The translations under genes and the position numbers were made by a program. Of a stretch of 64,000 nucleotides of DNA, positions 49,147 through 62,339 are shown in pieces. The stretch is from an uncultured Chloroflexia bacterium (GTDB taxonomy: Bacteria; Chloroflexota; Limnocylindria; Limnocylindrales; CSP1-4): the NCBI GenBank assembly GCA_963707215.1, contig CAVPPB010000001.1:448001-512000 (forward strand), in the 5' to 3' direction. Position 1 is the first letter of the stretch. Every line of letters begins with the position of its first letter. The notes beneath the pieces are model-generated. The model was not told where the DNA came from. It searched no databases and saw only the letters and a list, made by a program, of their open reading frames with translations.

Positions 49147-50375
49147 CGCGGGATCCGGCCGTGCAGGCACACTGGTCGTTCATCCTCGCCCGGGTCCCCC
49201 GGATCGACTTCGGCCCCGGCCGGATCGAGACGCTGCCGGAGACGATCGCCGGCCACGGTCGGCGAGCCCTGCTCGTCACCGGCGTTCGCTCGTTCCGCAC
49301 GTCGGAGCGCTGGCCGTGGCTGCTCGGAGCCCTCGACGAGCGTGGCATCGGCGTCGAGACGGCGACGATCGGGGGCGAGCCGTCGCCAGCGATGATCGAC
49401 CGGGCGGTCGCCGACCTGCGCGACGAGGGCATCGAGGTCGTCGTCGGCATCGGCGGGGGCAGCGTCCTCGACGGGGCGAAGGCGATCGCCGGTCTCCTGC
49501 GGACCGGCACGTCCGCCGGAGACCATCTCGAGGGGGTCGGGCCCGGGCTCCCCTACCCGGGCCCGGCGGTCCCGTTCATCGCCGTTCCGACGACCGCGGG
49601 AACGGGCAGCGAGGCGACGAAGAATGCCGTCCTGAGCGAGGTCGGGCCGGACGGCTTCAAGCGCTCGTTCCGCGACGATCGGCTCGTGGCGGTCCAGGCG
49701 ATCGTCGACCCGGATCTGCTCCTCGGCTCGCCGCCGTCCGTCGTGTCGGCCAACGGGATGGACGCCCTGACCCAGCTTCTCGAGTCGTATGTCTCGAGGC
49801 GCCGCGATCCGGTCACCGACGCCCTCGCCCGCCGCGGCCTGGAGGCCGCCCGGGACGGGCTGGTGCCATGGTTCCGGGCCGCAGCGTCGGGAGCTCCGGT
49901 CGAGGCGAGCCTCGGGGCACGGGCAGCCATGTCACTGGCCGCCCTGCTGTCCGGCATCTGCCTGGCCAACACCGGGCTCGGCGTCGTCCATGGCCTGGCC
50001 GCGGCGCTGGGCGGGACCTTCCCGATCCCTCACGGCGCGGCTTGCGGCGCGACGCTCGTGGCCGGCACCGCGACGAACATCCGGGCGCTCGAGGAGCGAG
50101 TGCCGGGCGATCAGGCGCTCGACCGTTACGCGGCCGCCGGGCGGCTCCTGGCAGGCCTGCCCGAGAGGACCGACGACGCCGACGCCCGGGCGGCCCTGCT
50201 CGCCACCCTCGACGGCTGGCGGCAGGCACTCGAGGTCCCCGGGCTGGGGACCTGGGGCGTCGGCGAAGCGGACGTCGATCGGCTGGTGGCTGCGTCGCGG
50301 GGCAGCTCCATGCGGACGAACCCGCTCGAGCTCACCGACGCCGAGGTCGCCGCGGTCGTCCGGACCAGCCTGTAG
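49143..50375 (+). CDS. Iron-containing alcohol dehydrogenase
   Basis: GGGSVLD-x-AK, PTTAGTGSE, DALTQ, VHG, PHG; GTGA overlap with upstream gene. Confidence 0.93.
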   Translation: MTRDPAVQAHWSFILARVPRIDFGPGRIETLPETIAGHGRRALLVTGVRSFRTSERWPWLLGALDERGIGVETATIGGEPSPAMIDRAVADLRDEGIEVVVGIGGGSVLDGAKAIAGLLRTGTSAGDHLEGVGPGLPYPGPAVPFIAVPTTAGTGSEATKNAVLSEVGPDGFKRSFRDDRLVAVQAIVDPDLLLGSPPSVVSANGMDALTQLLESYVSRRRDPVTDALARRGLEAARDGLVPWFRAAASGAPVEASLGARAAMSLAALLSGICLANTGLGVVHGLAAALGGTFPIPHGAACGATLVAGTATNIRALEERVPGDQALDRYAAAGRLLAGLPERTDDADARAALLATLDGWRQALEVPGLGTWGVGEADVDRLVAASRGSSMRTNPLELTDAEVAAVVRTSL

Positions 50376-50397
50376 GGTCGCGGCCGGCCCGACCACG

Positions 50398-50820
50398 CTA
50401 GACGCCCTCGATCGGCTCCCAGAGTTCGATCTTGTTGCCCTCGGGGTCGACGACCCAGCCGAACCGACCGAACTCCATCTCCTCGATCCCGTCGACGACG
50501 GCGCAGCCGTCCCGGCGCAGCTGTTCGAGCATCGCGTCGAGATCGGCGACCCGGAAGTTGACCATGTACGGGGCCTCGGATGGCGCGAAGTAGGTCGTGT
50601 CGGCCGGGAACGGGGCGACCACGGTCGAGCCGGGCGAGCCGTCGGTCTGCTGCCAGGGCACGACGATCACGCCGGTCCGATCGAGTGGCAGGCCCAGGCG
50701 TTCGACGTACCAGGCCTGCAGCGCCGCCGGGTCGGCGGCCTTCCAGAAGACCCCGCCGATACCGGTCACCCGCTGGCGGGTCACCCCGGATGGATCGGTC
50801 GCCGCGGGTCGGTCAGCCAT
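50398..50820 (-). CDS. VOC/glyoxalase family protein
   Basis: RVTGIGGVF, MVNFRVADL, FGWVVDPEGNKIELW. Confidence 0.92.
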   Translation of the reverse strand: MADRPAATDPSGVTRQRVTGIGGVFWKAADPAALQAWYVERLGLPLDRTGVIVVPWQQTDGSPGSTVVAPFPADTTYFAPSEAPYMVNFRVADLDAMLEQLRRDGCAVVDGIEEMEFGRFGWVVDPEGNKIELWEPIEGV

Positions 50821-51037
50821 GGCCGGCGGGTCCGGGTCCGGACGGGTGCTCGACGAACTTGACCATGCGACGCCTCATCGGTACCGACCCTGCCGCGCGG
50901 CCACGACTCGAAGGCGACCGTTGTCTCGCCACCGCGGGACCGGCCCACTCGAGCCACGGACTGCGTGCCCTGAGGACGCAACGATAGCGACTCGGCCACC
51001 GGGAGGCCATCGGTCCGATCTGGATCGCCCGGCAAGC

Positions 51038-51071
51038 CGAAGGCCCGCTCGGTGGACCGGGCGGGCCTTCG
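51038..51071 (-). terminator. Hairpin downstream of the S8 peptidase gene
   Basis: CGAAGGCCCGCTCGGT-gg-ACCGGGCGGGCCTTCG (one mismatch). Confidence 0.7.
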
Positions 51072-51091
51072 AGTGACTGCGACCGGGTTCG

Positions 51092-54088
51092 TCAGTTGAT
51101 GGCGACGACCGTCAGGCCAAGCAGCCCACTCGGGCCGCTGTGGGAGACCGCGCCAAGGTACTTCTGGGCCGGGTCGAGGCCCGTCCAGGAGACGTCGATG
51201 GCGCCGGTCTCGGCCGTCACGGCCGAGGTCGGCGCGGTGACCGTCATGTTGCCGGCATCGTCGACGAGGCCGATCTGCCAGCTGAAGAGGGTGAAGTCCG
51301 AGTCCGGCCCATCGGTCTGCCAGCCATGGACCCACACCGTGTAGGTGTCGGCGGCCGGCAGGACGAGGTTGACCTCCTCGGTCGACGTCCCGGACCCGCT
51401 CGCGCCGACCAGGGTCGAGCCCCGGTAGACGTAGAGGTCCAGGTCGTCGTTGCCGTCGGTGAAGTCGTCGAACAGGGCGAACCGCGCGTACGCGGTGCCC
51501 GCCGGGATCGCGACGTCGTACGAGATGGTGCCCGGGCCACCTGGCTCGAAGCTGTCACCCGGGTCGTCCGGGACATTGCCCTCGAACGTCGAGGCCGGGT
51601 TCAGGCCGTGGGTGCCGGCGGTGTAGGCGCCGTCGAATCCGAAGGTGACATCGAAGCTGAGCGAGCCCTCGGCGCCGGTCCCACCGACCTCGGCCGGAGC
51701 CGCGATGGCGACCGGCCGAACGACCATCGGGATGCGGACCGCGTGCGGCCCATGGGTCCAAGTGAGCTGGCCGCCCACGTAGGCGTCGAGCGCGGCGGTC
51801 GTGCGGGTGAAGGTGACGGTGAAGTCGCCCGACTCACCCGGGCCGAGCGTCAGGGTGCTGGGAGCCACGGCAACGGTGATCCCGGACATGCCGGTCACGC
51901 TGGCCGTGTAGGTGTGCGTGCCACCGCTGACGTTGGTGACCGTCCGGGTCACCGTCTGGAGGCCCGCCAGGTCACCGATCGCGATCGAGGCGACGTTCAT
52001 GTCGCTCGGGTCGGTCGAGTAGCCCAGGCCCTCGAGGGCAGCACAGGTGCCGGCTCCGACGAGGCTCGAGGTCCCGCAGAGGAAGGCGAGCCACCCATTC
52101 CAGCCGGCATCGAAGACCAGGCCCGGATCGGCCGCCGCGTTCGGGGCCACGTGGCCGGCGCCCTGGCGGAAGATCAGGACCGGGTTCGTGTTCGGGGCGG
52201 GCGAGCCGCCGTCGAGCACATCGGTGCCAGTGGTCATGAGAGCCGACTTGATCGCCATCGGCGACCAGTCCGGATGGAGGTCCTTGAAGAGCGCGGCGAG
52301 GCCGGCCACGTGCGGGCTCGACATCGACGTGCCGCTATAGAGGTCGAAGAGGCGGTCGGCGTTTCCGGGAGGGGCCACGCCGGCGAGGACGTCCACGCCG
52401 GGAGCGCTGACGTCGGGCTTGAGGAGGTCGCCGCCGGCCGCACGGAGCGGGCCTCGGGACGAGAAGCTCGCCGTGATCGGGGCGACAGCGTCATAGACGA
52501 TCGTCGCCTCGTTGATCGTGGCGGTCGCGCCGGAGGTCGCTGCGTACGCCTTGACGGCCGCGCGATCCGTATGCGACAGGTGGACGGTCGGCACGAAGTG
52601 GAAGTCCGCGTTCAGCGAGCTCGCGCTCGTGTTGACCAGCACCATCCCGACGCCACCGGCCTCGGCGACGGCGAGGCTCTTGTCGACCCGGGCGATGACG
52701 CCGCGGTCGCAGAGGACGATCTTGTCGGTGACGACCGCCGGGTCGAGCGTGCCCGGATAGCAGAGGGCGACCTCGGCGGGATCGGCTCCCGCCATGCCGG
52801 CGGTCGTCGAATCGATGAAGGGGGCCGGGCCGACCGCCGTCGCGACCGACGCGCCGGCGTAGGTGGAGCCGTTCCCGAGGGTCACCGAGCCGTTGCCGTT
52901 GCGGTTGTGGCTCGCCGCGGCGACGGTCGTGATCCAGGGGCTCGGATGGGCGACGGTGCTCGAGGCCGGGCCGGCGTTGCCGGCAGACGCGGCGACGAAC
53001 ACGCCGGCCCGAGCGGCGAAGAGGAACGCGATCTCCACCGGGTCGGCGAAGTTGGTCGACGTACCGCTGATCGAGAAGTTGATCACGTCGACGCCGTCGG
53101 CGACGGCCTGGTCGATGGCAGCGATGCTGTCCGAGTTGAAGCAACCGCCCTCGTCGCCGGTCCCCCAGCAGACCTTGTAGGCGGCGACCCGGGCGCGTGG
53201 GGCCATGCCACTGATCGTGCCGAAGACCTCGGCGGGCCCGGTGGCCGCAACGCCGTAGTTGCCGGCCGCGGTGGTCGCAGTGTGCGTCCCGTGGCCGTCG
53301 AAGTCTCGCGGCGAGTTGTACTCGTAGGGGAACTGCTGGTCGATGCCGACGTTGCCGCCCCACCCCGAGTTGTAGTACTGCGCGCCGATGAGCTTCTGGT
53401 TGCACAGCGAGGCGTTGAACTCCTCGCCGGGGACGCACTTCCCGTGCCAGCCGGGGAGTTGCTGGAAGACGAGCTTGCCGTTGGCATCCCGGTCGGAGAC
53501 GCTCGGGTGCTCCGGCCAGATGCCGCTGTCGACGATGCCGACGACGACACCTTCGCCTGGGCCGTCGGTCTTCTTGCCGCCGGCGCCGACGCCACCGAGC
53601 TGCTCCCATAGGCCGCCGGAGGCGGTCAGGCCGAGGAAGTCGGGGGTCGACGACGTGTCGAGGCTCTTCTTCTCGTCCGGCGTCACGGCGACGACGCCGT
53701 CCGTCACGGCGAGCTTGCTCGCCTGGGCAGCCGTGAGGCGGGCGGCGAAGCCGTTGAAGGCGAAGACATAACCATAGAGCTTCGTCCCGCCGGACTTGGC
53801 GATCGCCGCGTCGTGCTTGCCGTTCAGGTAGCCGGCGTAGCGCGTCACATCCGTGCTGTTCGGGTCGATCTTCTTGCCCTGGCCGGGCGCGGTGGCCTTG
53901 AGACCCTTGACGCCGCCCTCGTAGGCGACGACCGGCGCGTCGATCATCTGGACGATGAAGACGCCGCCCTTCTCGAACTTGGCTTCCTTGGCTCCATCGA
54001 GCTTCGGCGAGGCCGCGAGCACCTGGCTCGGCAGCAGCATCGCGAGCAGCGCGACGGAGGCGAACAGGGCGACCAGCGACCTGCGCAT
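51092..54088 (-). CDS. Secreted S8 subtilase (I9 prodomain, PA domain, Fn3-like and PPC-like C-terminus)
   Basis: Signal peptide; triad VGIVDSG / HGTHTA / SGTSMSSPH; KIVLCDRG (PA); DLDLYVY. Confidence 0.95.
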   Translation of the reverse strand: MRRSLVALFASVALLAMLLPSQVLAASPKLDGAKEAKFEKGGVFIVQMIDAPVVAYEGGVKGLKATAPGQGKKIDPNSTDVTRYAGYLNGKHDAAIAKSGGTKLYGYVFAFNGFAARLTAAQASKLAVTDGVVAVTPDEKKSLDTSSTPDFLGLTASGGLWEQLGGVGAGGKKTDGPGEGVVVGIVDSGIWPEHPSVSDRDANGKLVFQQLPGWHGKCVPGEEFNASLCNQKLIGAQYYNSGWGGNVGIDQQFPYEYNSPRDFDGHGTHTATTAAGNYGVAATGPAEVFGTISGMAPRARVAAYKVCWGTGDEGGCFNSDSIAAIDQAVADGVDVINFSISGTSTNFADPVEIAFLFAARAGVFVAASAGNAGPASSTVAHPSPWITTVAAASHNRNGNGSVTLGNGSTYAGASVATAVGPAPFIDSTTAGMAGADPAEVALCYPGTLDPAVVTDKIVLCDRGVIARVDKSLAVAEAGGVGMVLVNTSASSLNADFHFVPTVHLSHTDRAAVKAYAATSGATATINEATIVYDAVAPITASFSSRGPLRAAGGDLLKPDVSAPGVDVLAGVAPPGNADRLFDLYSGTSMSSPHVAGLAALFKDLHPDWSPMAIKSALMTTGTDVLDGGSPAPNTNPVLIFRQGAGHVAPNAAADPGLVFDAGWNGWLAFLCGTSSLVGAGTCAALEGLGYSTDPSDMNVASIAIGDLAGLQTVTRTVTNVSGGTHTYTASVTGMSGITVAVAPSTLTLGPGESGDFTVTFTRTTAALDAYVGGQLTWTHGPHAVRIPMVVRPVAIAAPAEVGGTGAEGSLSFDVTFGFDGAYTAGTHGLNPASTFEGNVPDDPGDSFEPGGPGTISYDVAIPAGTAYARFALFDDFTDGNDDLDLYVYRGSTLVGASGSGTSTEEVNLVLPAADTYTVWVHGWQTDGPDSDFTLFSWQIGLVDDAGNMTVTAPTSAVTAETGAIDVSWTGLDPAQKYLGAVSHSGPSGLLGLTVVAIN

Positions 54089-54319
54089 CGTCAATGCACC
54101 CACTCCCTACCCGTGGCTGGGTGCCGGCCCACTCCCACGGACCGGCACGACGACAAGCACCCGGGATCCGGGCCGGGTGCGATGCGGAGCAGTCTAGTAC
54201 CGCCGAGGGACCTCGGTGGTTCGAACGGATCGTCAGACGGGCCACGACCCAACGAGGTGGTGCATCGCGGCACCGGACCGTCGTCGCGCTCGGCCGAGCA
54301 GCGGTCGACCGCCCGGGGG

Positions 54320-55279
54320 TCAGTCGTCGACCGGGATCCCTGGCGACCCCGGCGTCGACGAAGCCGAGGGGAGATCCGAGCGGGGCGGCGTCTCCGGCCG
54401 CCGCAGCGTCGCCGCGGCCGACTCGTCCGGCCACGCCACGGTCGGACCGGGCGCGGCATCCTCCGAGGTCATCGGTCGTCGCCCGACCGCAAGCCAGGCG
54501 ACCGCGACGACCCCGATGAGCACGAGCGAGATGACCTGGTCGGCGTTGAACGGGCCGAGGACGCCCTGGTCGCGCCAGGTGACGGCGACGGCGGTCCGAC
54601 CGACCAGCCAGATGCCAACGCCCGCCAGGAACAACCGGCCGTCGCGGCGCTCGAAGGCACCGGCGGCGAGCAGTCCGACGAGCACGATGCTCGCGAGGAT
54701 GGCGACGCTCGACTCGAGGAGCTGCGACGGGACCGACGGGATGGCGGGGCCCAGCGACCCCCACGGCCCGGCGCCCAGGTAGGAGGTCGTCGGCAGGTCG
54801 GTCGACGGGGAGCCCTGGCCCGAGCCGCCCCAGGCCATGGCCGCCTTGCCTCCCTCGATCGCCAGCAGGAGCGGCAGTGCGGCGACGTGCATCCAGCCGC
54901 GGACCGACGCGCCGACGAGCGCGGCGACATAGCCGCCGGTCAGCGCCCCACCCAGGACCGCGAGGCTCAGCTGCAGGCCGCCCTGCGCAGGATCGAGGAT
55001 CGCCTCCGGTCGAGCCTGGTAGAAGTCGAGGTGGAGCAGGACGTACCCGAGGCGCCCGCCGACGACGGCTCCAGGCACCGAGCCAAGCGCGATGTAGAGG
55101 AGGTCGTCGGCGCGGTAGCGCTCCGGTCGCTGGCCGCGACCCGGGCCGCCGCGACGACCCAGGACGGCTGCGAGGCCAAGAGCGAGCAGGATGCTGCCGG
55201 CGATCCCGATCGCCTCCCAGCGGATCGCCAGATCGCCCAGCCGGAGGAGCGGATCGAACTCGAAGACGAAGACCGGCAC
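54320..55279 (-). CDS. Lgt-like (prolipoprotein diacylglyceryl transferase) membrane protein, divergent
   Basis: IRWEAI, GGRLGYVL, GGL, PSQLLE, Q-x-IS motifs and TM pattern. Confidence 0.75.
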   Translation of the reverse strand: MPVFVFEFDPLLRLGDLAIRWEAIGIAGSILLALGLAAVLGRRGGPGRGQRPERYRADDLLYIALGSVPGAVVGGRLGYVLLHLDFYQARPEAILDPAQGGLQLSLAVLGGALTGGYVAALVGASVRGWMHVAALPLLLAIEGGKAAMAWGGSGQGSPSTDLPTTSYLGAGPWGSLGPAIPSVPSQLLESSVAILASIVLVGLLAAGAFERRDGRLFLAGVGIWLVGRTAVAVTWRDQGVLGPFNADQVISLVLIGVVAVAWLAVGRRPMTSEDAAPGPTVAWPDESAAATLRRPETPPRSDLPSASSTPGSPGIPVDD

Positions 55280-55311
55280 GGTCAGCCGAGTGTAGCCGGG
55301 CCGGCCACGCC

Positions 55312-55339
55312 GACGCCCCGGCCGTCCGGCCGGGGCGTC
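55312..55339 (-). terminator. Hairpin downstream of the trypsin-like gene
   Basis: GACGCCCCGGCC-gtcc-GGCCGGGGCGTC. Confidence 0.7.
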
Positions 55340-55362
55340 AAGCGACGGCTCAGGGGATCAGG

Positions 55363-56184
55363 TCAGTCGAGGAACGAGCTGACCCAGTCGAGGCTCCAGG
55401 AGCGGTCCATGCGGAAGACCCCGCCCGTCCCGGCGCAGTTGCCGTTGATGCCGAACGAGGTGACGCCACCGACGACCAGGGAGTCGCCGACGAAGTTCGG
55501 CCCGCCCGAGTCGCCGAAGCAGGTCCCGCCGCTGTTGGCGTTGTTCGACAGCAGGAGCGAGTAGTCACCGGTGAAGCCCGGGACGTTGATCTGGTTGAGC
55601 TTGGGGTGGGCCACCATGCGGACACGATCGGCGACCGTCTTCCATCCAGCGGCATCCGGGAAGCTCTGCTGGAGTCCGTAGCCGACCGCCGTGAACGTGG
55701 TGTCCTGCTTGCCGCGCTTCGTCTTGAGGGCGTCGAGCTGGTCCAGCGCCGGGAGCTCGCCGTACATGGGCATGGCCACGGGCTCGTCGAGGACGACGAC
55801 GCCGAGGTCGCGGTAGAAGAACGCGCCTGGCAGGTAGTCCGGGTGCGTGTACGGGGTGCCGCCGACGTCGCCCGTGAACGGGTAGCCGTTGTCCGGGCGT
55901 CCGGCGTCGACATCCGCATCGAACCAGATCTCGACGTGGGCGGCCGGCGCCTCGGTGCAGTGACCCGCGGTGAGGTACACCGTCGGCGAGATCAGGGTCC
56001 CGCTGCAGCGCCACATCGGCGCACCGCTTTCGTCCTGGGCGACCATCAGGCCGACGAACGGATGGGCGTTCCCGTCCAGCTCGCCATTGCGGATGGCGGC
56101 GGCTGGAGCCGCGAGGGCGACCGTGAGGGCCACCGTCGTCGCCGTCGCGGCGGCGAGGATTCGGAGCTTCCGCGAAAGGCTCAT
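55363..56184 (-). CDS. Secreted trypsin-like (S1) serine protease
   Basis: Signal peptide, CSGTLI, TAGHC, DLGVV, CFGDSGGP. Confidence 0.93.
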   Translation of the reverse strand: MSLSRKLRILAAATATTVALTVALAAPAAAIRNGELDGNAHPFVGLMVAQDESGAPMWRCSGTLISPTVYLTAGHCTEAPAAHVEIWFDADVDAGRPDNGYPFTGDVGGTPYTHPDYLPGAFFYRDLGVVVLDEPVAMPMYGELPALDQLDALKTKRGKQDTTFTAVGYGLQQSFPDAAGWKTVADRVRMVAHPKLNQINVPGFTGDYSLLLSNNANSGGTCFGDSGGPNFVGDSLVVGGVTSFGINGNCAGTGGVFRMDRSWSLDWVSSFLD

Positions 56185-56467
56185 GGGCCAGGTCCTCCAC
56201 TCCGGCTGCGCATCGATCTCGACCCGCCCGCCCGGGACCCGCCGGACGGCCGACGGGCGGGTGCGGCAGCGCGGCTGCCGTGGGGTCCCGACGATAGTAC
56301 CCGCGGTGGTGGCAGGGTAGGACGAATGGCCTATCGCGACCGCCGCCGTGGTGCGCCCGGGCACCGCCCCGTTCCACCCGGACGACCCCGGTCCGTCGCG
56401 GAGCGCCCCGGACCGCTCCGCGGCGGGAGGCCACCTCCGGGGGGGCCGCGTGCGCGGGCCGAGGCGC

Positions 56468-60495
<4,028 letters not shown>

Positions 60496-60796
60496 GGGGG
60501 TCACCTCGGTCGGTCGGGCAGGCTCGGCGCCCGCCGGGGGCTCCGGCATTCTGGTGACCGGCCGCGCGTGACGGCCGGGACGCCCGCAGGGGACGGCAAC
60601 GACCGAGAGTCGGCTTACGCAGTCCACAACAGCATACCGAGCCCTCCCGAGCCGGTCCAGCCGGCCCGGAACGCGGGTCGAGCGGCTCTCGGCGATCGTC
60701 CCTACGGCATCAGCCCGATGCTCGGCGGTCGGCTCAGGACCACTGTGTCAGGTGATGGTGTCCGACGGTCGGGCACCGGGCCGATGGGAGCATGAG

Positions 60797-61012
60797 ATGT
60801 ACGGCACACGGATCCTCGATCGGATCGCCAGGGACCACCAGGCCGAGGAGCGACGGTCCGCCGCCGAGTCGAGGCGGGCCGCCGGGGCTCGAGGCTGGCC
60901 GGCGAGCGCGGGCGCCGAAGCCGTCACCGGGACGGCCCGGGTGCCCAGGCCCGCGGGCTGGTGGGTCCGCCCGGGCCTGCTCCGGCGACTCCTCGGCGCG
61001 CACGGCGCATAG
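60797..61012 (+). CDS. Small hypothetical protein (71 aa)
   Basis: GGGAG before ATG 60797; helical RDHQAEERRSAAESRRA segment. Confidence 0.5.
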   Translation: MYGTRILDRIARDHQAEERRSAAESRRAAGARGWPASAGAEAVTGTARVPRPAGWWVRPGLLRRLLGAHGA

Positions 61013-61036
61013 CGCGCTGCCGAGAGGATCGCGACC

Positions 61037-62296
61037 TCAAGCCTGGTCGAGCGACCGGGCCAGGTCGCCGATCAGGTCGGTCGCCGACTCGATCCCGACC
61101 GACAGGCGGATGAGGGCCGGATCGACCTCCAGCTGGGTCCCGGCGACCGACCCGTGGGTCATGGCGGCCGGGACCTCGATGAGCGACTCGACCCCGCCCA
61201 GGGACTCGGCGAGGGTCCAGAGCCGGGTCGACTCGGCGACGGCGACCGCCCGCTCCGATCCCGAGCGCCCGTGACGACCGCCCGCCGCCGGCACGAAGGA
61301 GACCATCCCGCCGAACGCCGACGGGCCATCGGGACCGCCGAGGCGCATCTGGTGGGCCGCCACGCCGTGGCCCGGGTGCGCGTCCCGACCGCTCGCCAGC
61401 CCCGGGTAGTGGACCGCCGCGACGTCCGACCGGGCGGCCAGGAACCCGGCGATCGCCGCGGCATTCGCCGAGTGCCGCTCCGCTCGGAGAGCCAGCGTCC
61501 GCAGGCCCCGCAGGACCAGGAAGCAGTCGAACGGCCCGGGCACCGCGCCCATGGCGTTCTGGAGGAAGCGGAGCCGCTCGGCCAGCTCGTCGTCGTCGGT
61601 GACCGCGATCCCGCCGATCGTGTCCGAGTGGCCGGCCAGGTACTTGGTGGACGAGTGGAAGACGACGTCCGCCCCGGATGCCAGCGGCCGCTGGAGCGCC
61701 GGCGAGGCGAAGGTGCTGTCGACCACGACGAGGGGTCGCGATCCGCGAGCCCCCGTGAGGCCCTCGACGGCACGGGCGACTGCGGCGATGTCCACGACCT
61801 TGAGGTGCGGGTTGGAGGGCGTCTCGAACCAGACGAGGCGGGTCGCCGGGCCTGACGCGACGCCGAGCGCCAACGCCGGATCGTTCGCCAGGTCCACGAA
61901 CCGGGTCGCGACCCCGCGGGGTCCGGCGACCCGGACCAGGTATCGGAAGGTGCCCCCGTAGACGTCATCGCCGACAACGACCTCCTCGCCCGGGCCGACC
62001 AGCTCGGCGATGGCAGCGGTGGCCGCCGACCCGGAGGCGAAGGCGATGCCGTGGCGGCCACCCTCCAGCGCCGCCACCGCCCGCTCCAGGCGCTCCCGCG
62101 TCGGGTTCTGGCTCCGGGCATACTCGTAGCCGCGGGTGGGCCGGCCGACCGCCTCCTGGCGGTAGGTCGAGGTCTGGTAGATCGGCGGGGCGACCGCTCC
62201 GGTCAGCTCGTCGGGCTCCTGGCCGGCATGGACGGTCAGGGACTCGAAGGCGAGCCTGTGCTCGTCGTCGGTCGGCTCGGTTCGTTCGTTCGCCAC
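61037..62296 (-). CDS. Cystathionine gamma-synthase/lyase family PLP enzyme
   Basis: PPIYQTST, YARSQNPT, ETPSNP, HSSTKYLAGHSD, LAESLGGVESL, RLSVGIE. Confidence 0.94.
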   Translation of the reverse strand: MANERTEPTDDEHRLAFESLTVHAGQEPDELTGAVAPPIYQTSTYRQEAVGRPTRGYEYARSQNPTRERLERAVAALEGGRHGIAFASGSAATAAIAELVGPGEEVVVGDDVYGGTFRYLVRVAGPRGVATRFVDLANDPALALGVASGPATRLVWFETPSNPHLKVVDIAAVARAVEGLTGARGSRPLVVVDSTFASPALQRPLASGADVVFHSSTKYLAGHSDTIGGIAVTDDDELAERLRFLQNAMGAVPGPFDCFLVLRGLRTLALRAERHSANAAAIAGFLAARSDVAAVHYPGLASGRDAHPGHGVAAHQMRLGGPDGPSAFGGMVSFVPAAGGRHGRSGSERAVAVAESTRLWTLAESLGGVESLIEVPAAMTHGSVAGTQLEVDPALIRLSVGIESATDLIGDLARSLDQA

Positions 62297-62339
62297 GTCG
62301 CCTCCCGGGGGCCGACCCCCCTGATGAGCGGAGGGCAGG

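Noticed and set aside
54198-54228. GGTTCGAA resembling a tRNA T-loop
   Set aside because: No cloverleaf; only a simple hairpin near the S8 promoter.
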